Assembly: GCA_965637545.1 (NCBI GenBank)
Contig: OZ281501.1
Coordinates: 14,012,001 to 14,076,000, forward strand
Direction of reading: 5' to 3'
Length of the DNA: 64,000 bases
From: Phallusia mammillata
Lineage: Eukaryota
Under the pieces are notes generated by a model. That model did no database searches, had not been told where the DNA came from, and worked only from the letters and a program-made list of their open reading frames with translations. This document shows positions 14,453 through 25,400 of this stretch, piece by piece (positions within the stretch are counted from its first letter, which is position 1; the number at the start of each line of letters is the position of its first letter). Made by a program: the position numbers and the translations under genes.

Positions 14453-15924
14453 ATGAACACTATCACGGTAAGTTAACTAAACTGTTTGCATTTTGTGACT
14501 GTAACAGTTTTTATTTTGTGACTTAACTTATGCTTTCAATTTATCTGCTTGTCTTGTTCAACTTATCACTTTAAATACTTCCATTCTTTCATTACGGTAA
14601 CATCATTTTTCAAAAAGTTTTTTGTTTTTCAGATATTCGCAAGTGCCACTTTGTTGGTCGCATGTTATGTCAGTCTTGCCGAAAGCGCGTGTTATTTATC
14701 CAACACTTGTTTCGATGTTGAAACCAATAAAACATACAAAGCTGGTGAAAACTGGGTAACCCCACAATGTACCAGATGCGACTGCACAGAACAGAAACAA
14801 AACGTGGTAAGTAGCCTAACACCCAGTTTTTTTGTGTTTTTATTGTATTAAGCAGAAAAATCAATCAAAAATTGTGCATATTGAATCAAGGATATTTTGC
14901 CTTTAATGAACATTATGTGCCTATAAATTTGGTCAAAAACCAACTTGAATATATTTTCATCACTTAACAATAGAAGTCAAATTAGGGAATCATTTTTTAA
15001 ATATTCTTTTGCAGAAACTTTGTCTCGAATTGCTACCTCGCATTAAATCAGTGAAAAAATCAAAGATCACCGCTCAATTTGAAACGGATTCGGAAAATGA
15101 CAATGGACTGTTTCATGAAACCTTCATTTCTCAAGAGGCAGCAGTCAACTTTAAATGCCCTCCCGTCAGTTTTGATTTCTATGCTGACACCATGCCTTCA
15201 TTCCGATTCGTCAATTACGTTACCATGGCGACGACAATGGGTTGTTGCACGTAAGTAAAAACAAATCCTAGTGTTACCTTTATGAAATATAAAATACAAA
15301 ATATGCTTATTTTTGCCGAAACCTATTCTCAAAACCACGCGCACAGATTAGACTATCTTCGCTTTGCGTTGCCATTGCGCGATAAATTGGCAATTCTTTT
15401 TTCTCATTTGGTTTTAAACGAAGCGCAAATCAGCAGTTGCTTGCTGAAGTTCCCACTTAGCGCAAGCTTTGTTTGGGCAGCATGTGTGTAAAGCCTAATC
15501 AGCACTTTTTGTACCTGACTTGTATTTAACTGATAAGGCTTGGCTTGTCATTTTGCCGCACAACTAGCCTCGTATTATGAAACCGATAAACACATACCTT
15601 TTTTGTTTATCAAAGTGACCAGGTAATCTTTCCTTGACATTACTTGGTTTGTTGAACCCGATTTACTAGGTACTAAATGGTACATAACATGTACAGTCCA
15701 GCTGTATACGTCACGATAACAAGTTTTTACATCGCAGTGTATTTGCCAATGCTTGTTTCTGCAAGTACTTACAAAACCTTCATCTACTTTACAGGGTTGG
15801 TCGTCCGGTCAGCATACCTTCTTTTTGTCAAGCTGTGCTTAACAGGCAAACATGCCAGTACAAGGTTTACATGAAAAACACGAAAATTCCTTGCCAAGGA
15901 CCGATGTCTTTTGTTGGAAAATAA
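14453..15924 (+). CDS. Secreted beta-microseminoprotein (MSMB/PSP94)-like protein, 184 aa, with internal insertion
   Basis: Exons 14453-14467, 14633-14806, 15015-15250 and 15795-15924 join in frame (555 nt) with GT-AG sites. Signal peptide, then CY...CFD...WVTPQCTRCDC ... CCT..GRP....C.....TCQYKV.......C, matching the PSP94 cysteine pattern. Confidence 0.85.
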
Positions 15925-16657
15925 TTCTTCTTTTTTTGCTTTTTACTTTACACAGAGATTGATTTGTTTTATTTTCGTCCGTACCATAATGTTTTATTGT
16001 TTTTGTTTTTGTTATTATCTTTAAACTGTGTGTTTTTGTTGTTAATTTCCTTACGTTGCTACCGTTTTTCCTGTGCCCATTTGCGCCCAGATAATGAAAT
16101 AAAAACCAAAATCGAGGATCAAATTTGTTTTGCTTCGGGGTACAAGCAATTCGTACCTGTTAAAATATGTCAAATTTTGCTTGCAAAACGCTCTTGCAAC
16201 ACAGCACTATACATTTACCAGTTTTTTTCAGCATTCACACCAAAAAAGCGTTGCAAGCATGTCTATGACATCACACGTCTTTAATTTCCATAGGAAATCG
16301 GTAATAGTGAGTTTTTCGTGACATAAAATAAATAAAGTAAAAGCGCGGTGTTATGAGTAAATTTCCTGAATGCGGTTACTGCAAATAAACAATTAACGGT
16401 ATAGTCACCGCACATTGAACAGACGTGAAGTCGAAACGTGTCTTTGCTTATCTCGTGCGCTAGAAATTATGCAAAGCTGAATGTATACGTCAGGCAAAAG
16501 TGTATACAAACAAAAACAAGTAAAATTAGTCCGCGATGGCGTGCCAAATTCATTCTTTTTTGCATCACTTGCATTCATAATGGCCACAGTATAATGAAGC
16601 ATAAAATCATAAATTGTCAAAAAATACAATGAACAAAAAACAACAAAACAGTTTTTA

Positions 16658-17925
16658 CTATTTTAAGTGCCCAAATGCAAGTAAAACAGTTAGTGCTATG
16701 GCGATTAATGTAGCCAAGGTTATAGATGGTTTGAAATATCCGCAGCTGTTGCCTCCGCTGTCGCAAGAACTGCAGCACAACAGTAACTCATCCCCATGTT
16801 TTTTGTGGTTCAAACTTTCACACGTGCTGATTGTGTTGTTGCAATATTTGATCAAAGTGCGACCGTTCCCCGAATGCACTGTGACTGAAAGGCAAAAAAA
16901 GTAAATTACCATTTAAAAATTGGTCAAACATAATAGTTTAGTAGAGTATTTCTTACATTTATAGTGCTACTTCCTAATATTAGGCCAGTAAAAATAGTTT
17001 GGCGATTACTGGTTTACACTGAAAAAAACTACTTTTTAAGTCTATTTTTCTTAACCTTCTTTGCGCTGGGCATTCACTTTTGTTATTTGTTGTTGTATTA
17101 ACCTGAACTGATAGTATAACATCGGCTTGCTTCTGAATGTGGACAGTGCTCCTTATGAATTTGAAGCTCCTTTTTCGCGCAGTAACCAAGATTTCGCGAA
17201 TAGCAGTAATAACAATTCTTATACCCCACCGCTTGCTGTATTAGTAGTGCTGTAAACATAACATTGTTTTTATTGATTATTAGCGGATGTGGGGTCATAA
17301 ACATATTTGCGGGGCTTTTGGTCACACTTAAGTTATATTAAGGGTTTTTTAGGTAGGATTTTGAACTTGATACAATAGTTATGTGCATTGCTTGTTGCAC
17401 AAATTTGTTTCATATGTCACTAAGATCATTTGTGCATAACAGGGGAAAAATATATCAGTAGCTTTCCAGTTGTGCATTTTTTTGTCTCAAATACTTATCT
17501 CAAAATATTAACATCCCAAAGTTCTGAATTTGTGGCTTATTTTATTTCATGCGTTTTTGGTTATTTTCTGTCCTTTTTTTAAATAGTTGGGTGATGAATG
17601 GTTGTTTTTCTGACCTGCTAAAACGTCATATTTACCATCAAAAGGCACATTCCTTAACGGTTAAAATGGGTCACATATGCACACAATGCACCGGCCGCTA
17701 TATTAAGAAAATATTATTAATTCACACTAAAAGACAAAAGCGGTAGATACCGTAAAGGATTGACGTCACTATGTAAAACCACCGGTATTTATTTTCCACC
17801 ACAGGTCGATTATCGTCGTGCAAACCCGATTTACCCGAACAAAGTTAGGAGAAAGTCACTTTAAAATATGCGTACGACTTTAATCTTGACTTACCGAAGA
17901 AGCAGATTAAATGCTTTGTTTCCAT
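16658..17925 (-). CDS. Ly6/uPAR (three-finger, quiver/sleepless-like) GPI-anchored protein, 134 aa
   Basis: Exons 17925-17895, 17249-17103 and 16884-16658 (405 nt, phase-1 introns). Signal peptide METKHLICFFALLIQQAVG, CYYC start, 11 Cys including CC, hydrophobic C-terminal tail. Confidence 0.75.
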
Positions 17926-18594
17926 GAAGTTTAGGCTTCGCAAAAACCCGTTGAAAAGTCCAGCAAAACTATTCACTTGAAATATTGTTTTGCAGATAAA
18001 TCCAGATTTAAACAGAAACCTGACAAAACGCCGAAATGTTAACTTCAAACTTCACGAATCAACATTGCGAAATTAACATCTTCAGTTCTGTCTTGACAAA
18101 GTATAGCTTCTAGCTATAAGCTTGACTCTAACTTGAAGAGGTAAGACTGGTCGTTACGTTTCATAGCTTCAGGCTACTTGGCTATTTGCGCGATAAATTG
18201 CATATGAAGGGAAGACGTATGTTAACACACTTGCAGTTGCAATCAAGTGTACCAAGTATGTTATAACTTGTAGAAATGTGTGTTAACATAGGCCTTTCTA
18301 TTTGTAAGGGATTGATCGTAGAGATTATGGTTTATGTTGCGTTTCCAAGTTCGTTGAGGTCATTTATTCTTGAAAAATTTTGGTGTGCAAAACATTTACA
18401 AATTATGCATTTTAAACTACAATTGGCAGATTATTTTGTAAGTCAATTGTGAACGGCAACTGTGTAAAAACCCTCAACTGAAACAAATATTTTTTTACTT
18501 TAGTTTCTTTAGCCCCTCGTGCACCAATATTACAGTTACAACTATCTTGCTATTGCGCTATACGACGTTTCATTTATACACCCATGGTTTAATC

Positions 18595-18904
18595 CAGGGG
18601 TTGGCAACCCCTGGCTCGCATGCCAAGGTTGGCACGCTAAGTGGTTTTTCATGGCAGGCCAACCGATTTGCCTGTTTATATTGTAGTAACAATTTAACCT
18701 GTTACACTGCTAGTTTATAGTATTTATCATGCAATTGTCTTAACATTCACCCTTTCATGAACAAAACACTCTGCTTTCTCTTTATTATCGATATCTGCTG
18801 CCACGAACCACTATTATTTTGAAAAACGTTGGCACGCGAGGTCATTAACACACGGAAACAACAAGTAAATTGGCACTCGTCGCCTGAAAGGTTGCCGGCC
18901 CCTG
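18595..18904. mobile_element. hAT-type MITE (310 bp), same family as 58852-59161
   Basis: Starts CAGGGGTTGGCAACC and ends GGTTGCCGGCCCCTG; 8-bp TSD gtttaatc/gttttatc (1 mismatch); internal sequence closely similar to the 58852 copy. Confidence 0.9.
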
Positions 18905-19415
18905 GTTTTATCCCAAACTATTCAAACCTAACATAATCGGGGCTGAAAAGTTGAGAGTGTTAACATACATATATTTGTCGCTTATACAACACTGCACTTG
19001 CCCTGACAACGATATAAAAAGCTAAGCAATATCAAAAACAGTGCCCAACAGATGTTTTTAGCCAAACCATGATTCAGTTATCGATGCTTGGCTTTGTTGT
19101 GTACATATTTATTTAAATGTAGACATAATAATACGAAAATGGATTATCAAAACGAAACAACGAGAGGTAAACAATATACGACACTGGCAAACTCAAGCTC
19201 ATTTTTTAAGTTAAACTCCTTTCATAAATAAAGACCACAAATCTCCTTTCCAAAAAAAAACGCGTAACACCGATATTGCTATACATAGTTTGCTGTTTGC
19301 ATATCAACAATATTTAAAATTAAAATAAAATTTAAAATAAAATAAAATTTTTCAAAACATTTGTCACGATTTTTCTTTTTAATTAACATCATTTTTACCA
19401 TGGGTACCAAATCCC

Positions 19416-22400
19416 CTATAGGTCCTTCCCCATTTCGTCAATTTCATTCACAACAAACTCCATATCACTACGTTCAACTTGGTCGTTTATGACAATCATA
19501 CGGAAGAAGTTAGGCAGATTTCCAAGCGGTTGATATCCCACTAACATTGACCCTCGCTCTGTCATACGTTCTTTAATCCTGGGTGGAATTGCTGCCACCT
19601 CGCGGCAAAACTCCTCGTTGTTAAGATTCCACTTGGTGTTGCGCAAGCGCTTCGGCAGGTACCAGAAACAAACGTTTGTGCATTCCGGCTAAACACATAT
19701 TTACAAGGAGTTATAAATGGTAATATTCCAATTGAAAAATATCGTTCGTACTATACAGTTAAGTGGAAACTTAAGTGAAAATATATATCGTTAAGTATAG
19801 TGTTGTTGGCATATTTTATAGACTATCCTTTTGCTTAACCGGCAATTGAACCCTTACCCTGTTGAAGAAACAACGGATCGAACGTCAAAACATCGGATGA
19901 GTTGTTTCAATTGCCGGTTGAGCAAAACGAAGTTTTAACATACGTGCGTTGAGTGTAAACAATAGATTCAATTTGGAATATCGAAATAACAAAATCTGTT
20001 AAAATTTGAACAGAAAGGTGGTTGGTGTGCTAACTTTGGGCACAAGGCAATTTTTTTCACTTTAAACTGTTGCCATATTTTTTTCTTAGAATTTTTACCT
20101 CCATTACTAGTTTAAAGCCTTCTCTTTTGCGGACGAGCTCGGACAAATATCTCGCGTTTTCAAATGCCTTTTCTACTCTTCGCTTTAAACCGTTTGTTCC
20201 CCGAGCTTTCCACATCAGCCACAGTTTTAAAGCATCAACCTGTAAAAGATAGCAGAAAGTGTTAAACTCGCACACATCAATTTAGCAATTGATTCAGATA
20301 ACAGTTAATCGTCTTGTATTTGCTAATTACCCTAAAAACGTTTTAACAGAAATATGCAAAAAAGACACATTTGGGACTTTTGATTTTCGAATCGAGGTTC
20401 AAAAAACATTGCACCCAGCAGCATTTGCTTTTTAAACAATAGCTACATTTAGTTTGTGTAGTTTCGTAAATTGCACCCGCTTTATTTTACTTCTAAATGC
20501 AGTTTTTTTTAATATTCGGCCTGGTGATGCATCGTTTTGACTTTGGGCTAGCTTTGGTGGAAATAAGCCTAAACTTTATACCTTTCGTCCACACTGAATC
20601 ACTTTGCTGCCAACATCAAATTCAGAGCTGTAGAGCGTCTTGTCTTGTTGAAACAGATAGGGAACGTGAATAGAGTGACACTCTTTCAGAATGTGCTGAA
20701 AAGATTAGAAAAAATATTAAACATTGCTTAACATTAAATCGACAAAACCGAGGGTAAAACAACGCATCATGACTACCAGGCAAATTCAAGCATTGGTTGC
20801 TAAGTATTGCATTTTTATATTTATATTTATGTATTGTTTTGCGCTTATATATCTTACCGGGTGTTTGGTTACAAAAACGCAACATTGCAATGGTGCCATC
20901 ATCATTTTGTGCGGATTCCACGTAACGGAATCAGACCTGTTAAAAAAATTAACATGATTTGACACCACGTCAGCTTTAAATTTTTGTATTCATATGATAG
21001 TATTAAATATAAGTTGTTAATTATACCTATGAATTCCGTCACATAGATGCCGGTGCTTGTCGGTAATCATTACTCCACCTCCCCAAGCTGCCTGCAAATA
21101 TATCAAAGTCGTTAACGCGAAAGTCAAAGATTTCCTAACGACGACATTTTGTGCGAAATTACATTGGCACAAATACCTGGATTTTTGCACTTTTATTTTA
21201 CTACCAATATAACTGTAGTTTTGTAAACTGAAAAAAAAACAAGACTTTATCCACCGTCTTACATCCACATGAAGCCATATTCCATATTTTTGACAAATGT
21301 CTGCGATTTCATTAAGTGGATCGAAAGCACCAAGGACGGTTGTTCCTGCGGTCGCTATTACAGCAATAGGAACAGCTCCCTTGAAAAAGCAAAAACAAAA
21401 ATGGTTTATAAAATCAAAACTTCACTATTTTACGTGTTTTACGTGTTCCAAGATTTCAAGATTCTTTCTAATGAATAAAAAATTATACTAACCTCGTTCT
21501 TTGCTGCCACTATTCGGCGCTCGAGATCCGCTGAATCCATACGTCCCCGCTCATCAGTGTTAACAGCAATAAGGTCGTCGGTTCCGATACCCATCAATGA
21601 AGCGTTTTTCTTGTTGGAATAATGACAATGCGAGCTCGTTAGCGCTACCATGCGGGGTAAGTTTCTCATTCCTTTCTCTTTTACTTGCGGAAATTTACTG
21701 AAACGTGCTAGGTTGAGTCCGAGCATGTTGGAATAAGAACCTCCTGTAAACAATCAAAAATACCTTGGGGATTTTTAGAGGTCAACACACGTTTATGCGA
21801 GTTATTTTTGGCAACCGTGATTTTCGGGCCACTTATAAAATGTGCCTACAGGCCAGCAGACCCTTAATCCGGCACTGGGCATGGTTCTCCTTGAACTTAG
21901 TGGCGCGCTTATTACGAGAATAATAGGAAGGGTTTCTTATACTAACCATTGTATCGTGGTCTTTGTACAACACCCTCCCCAGTCAAAAATTTTCTACACC
22001 TAACGCCCGGGCCATACCCGACCAACACTCGTTTATCTATCGTTTATGCCAGGATCGGCCGATTCATACTTAACAGAACATACGCCATATTTATATCTAT
22101 GGGTCTTACATGGTTTCGCCATACTAGGACCTAAAATGGCAAATGTGGTATAATTACACTTGGCGTAAAAAGATTAAGCAAGAAATTGCCATACTTGGGT
22201 GCCGAGAGTGAGGCGCCACACCTGTTCGGGTCTGGCGAAATGCTGTATGTGAGAGAATATTAAGCTTTTGGTTGACAATGTTATTATTGACACCATTTTC
22301 AAACGATAGTTTTAAAGCAATTCGTACGACGACTTGAATTGGTGAACATTAAAAAATTAAAAGTAATGCAATTAATGTGTGATCATTATCTTTTTGTACC

Positions 22401-25400
22401 TTTAGCGAGCCTAAAGTTGACGTGACGGTTCGTTAGCGCCTAATCTTTGACAACTCAGGGCTTCAATAACATAAATATTACACATATCACAAATCATGTC
22501 AACTGTTAAGTAAACGCAGTCGAACCCAAATTGCACAATACTTGCGCAATCATTTGACCTATGAACTTTACGAAACGTTGTTTGTCGTGATTGGTTAATG
22601 CTAATCTTGAACGTTTTGAATCCGGACTAAGAGCGATCACGTGTTGCTTGGCGGCGGGAAAGTTTTAATCAAGGAGGTTTACGAGTGTACGACGACTATA
22701 TTGTTTATTTTGGATCTGACTAAAAAACGTAGGTTAATGATGCCACCCGAAAAGGGTACAGCGCACAAAACATTCAGCAACTTAAAAAGAACTCGAAATG
22801 GAGAAGGAAGCAATCTTCGAAGAAAAGAAAACTACAAGCAGCAGCTATAATAATTGCCGAAAAGACCCAGAATATAAATGAAAATGATTTTGAATTGCTA
22901 AAAGATAACCAAGAAATAAGAAAGCGTGTTATGTTGCCATACAAAGAAAAATTTGTTGCTATTAATTTACTGCAAAATTAAAATTATGTACGGTTTCAAA
23001 TGATTTTACAAAGCTACGAAATGAAAAACTTTGTGTGCGTAAAATATGCTGATGGCACAAATGATGTTGTGCCTAAAGGATGGTTGGTTGGCACAGATGC
23101 ATGTAAATGGCCACCAGAGATTTGTAATGTGCAGGATTTAACCAAAAAAGAAGTTGTGGCAGAAGAAGAATGGTGCACATGCCCTTGTATTGTTCTCTTC
23201 CAAGCTAGTAAGTGTATTAAGATATTTGTTACAAGCATGGTTTACTTGATTTTTTCTTTGCAGGTATTTATGACCGATGTATCAAAAAAGGATACACCCA
23301 AAGTAATTTGGAGGACTCTGATTCAGATATATCCATTGAAGAAGAACCACATCAATTGAAGATTTCACCATTAATAAGAACAGACTCATCACAAAAAATG
23401 TATGTATATATCACTAGCTCCTCAATATTGCTAAGTTACATCTAATTGGTGGATTAATGTTGACTGCATTTTGTTGTGTACAAAATTCCATTTGTTTTAA
23501 CATATTATTTCTTTATCATAATTGTTGTTGTGAAAAATCAAATCAAATGGTTTAAATGATTTCTTTTGTGTTTAGAAATACATTTAAACGGCCATTACCA
23601 CCAAACCAAAGACCTTTAAATGGTAATGAATATAAATCCCTAATAGCCAAGATGGAAAGGATGGATGACAAACTGGAGACTATTGTGGAGATACTGAAAC
23701 AAAAAGTAGTGTGTGCAGCTGTGACAGAAACCATCTTTCCAGAGCCAGCTGACAATGAAAAAGATCTGGTAGAATTGATCACTCAAATTAATGTAAGCTG
23801 CATTTTCACCTAAAATGGAAATAAAATTTAATACTCTTAATTGTCAGGTTGTATGTTAACAAAATCTGTTTTTGTACCTATGCCAGCCCTACCAAATAAT
23901 GACAATTTAAACATTTTTATATGATTGATTATAATTGCATGTTTACATACTTGAAGGACAAGAAAAGAATCGGAAAAGTAATTGATATGGACGGCCTGCA
24001 AGGCACATTACGCAACTTCATCAAGTTGTTCATGACGAAAAATCTGGCACTTAAATTTTCCTGGAGTGGATTGGGTTGTGGAAGAAAACAGACAAAAATT
24101 TCTTTTAAAACTCATCCTTTGTTTGCCTTTTTTATAGGTAAGACATGATTATGTTTTGTTGTAATTAACATTGCAATGATGTGGATTTTAAAATTCAGGT
24201 CAATGAATTTTAGGTTTTTTTTTCTTTTTTTAGATGTGCTGCCATACACCAGACATAATGGTGCCAGTCACCAGGAAATAGCTACTGCAGTAAAAAGGGT
24301 CCTTCCAGGGGTTGGTGACTGGGATGGCGGTCATGTGAAATGGGTAAAAATCCAACAGCCAAATGAAAACCCAGGTGTTGACACTGACTCTTGCGATGAT
24401 GCATAAGTATTGTCTTTATGCCTGCCATGTGACTTAGAATGCTTTTGGCCGAGACATCCAAATTGTGTGTTCTATGCTATGTGCTGGCCATCTAAACTGT
24501 TTGTCTAATGCTTTGTACCGGCCCTCCTAACTGTGTGTCTTATGCTTTGCAAAGGCCATCTAAACTGTGTGTCTTATGCTTAGCAAAGGCCATCCAAACT
24601 GTGTGTCTTATGCTTTGCACAGGCCATCTAAACTGTGTGTCTTATCACTCTTATGCTTTGCATCAGCCATCCTAACTGTGTGTGTTATACTTTGCACAGG
24701 CCATCTAAACTGTGTGGCTTATGCTTTGCACAGGACATCTAAACTGTGTGTCTTATTCTTTGCATCAGCCATCCTAGCTGTGTGTGTTATACTTTGCACA
24801 GGCCATCCAAACTGTGTGTCTTATGCTTTGCACAGGCCATCTTAACTGTGTGTCTTATGCTTTGCACAGGCCATCTAAACTGTGTGGCTTATGCTTTGCA
24901 CAGGCCATCTAAACTGTGTGGCTTATGCTTTGCACAGGCCATCTTAACTGTGTGTCTTATGCTTTGCACAGGCCATCTAAACTGTGTGTCTTATGCTTTA
25001 CACAGGCCATCTTAACTTTGTGGCTTATGCTTTGCACAGGCCATCCTAACTGTGTGTGTTATACTTTGCACAGGCCATCTAAACCGTGTGTCTTATTCTT
25101 TGCACAGGCCATCTAAACTGTGTGGCTTATGCTTTGCACAGGCCATCCTAACTGTGTGTGTTATACTTTGCACAGGCCATCTAAACTGTGTGTCTTATCA
25201 CTCTTATGCTTTGCATCAGCCATCCAAACTGTGTGTCTTATGCTTTTCGCAGGCCATCCAAACTGTGTGTCTTATGCTTTTCGCAGGACATTCAAACTGT
25301 GTGTCTTATGCTTTGCCCAGGCCATCCATCAAATCCAGGCGTCCTTTATATTTCGTTTTGTTCTTCTTTTTAATACATTGTCAGGAAATATTATTGGAAG

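Noticed and set aside
24440-25327. CRISPR-like array or Cys-rich repeat protein ORFs
   Set aside because: Units are contiguous with no unique spacers, the context is eukaryotic with no cas genes, and the ORFs arise in all three frames from a 34-bp period.
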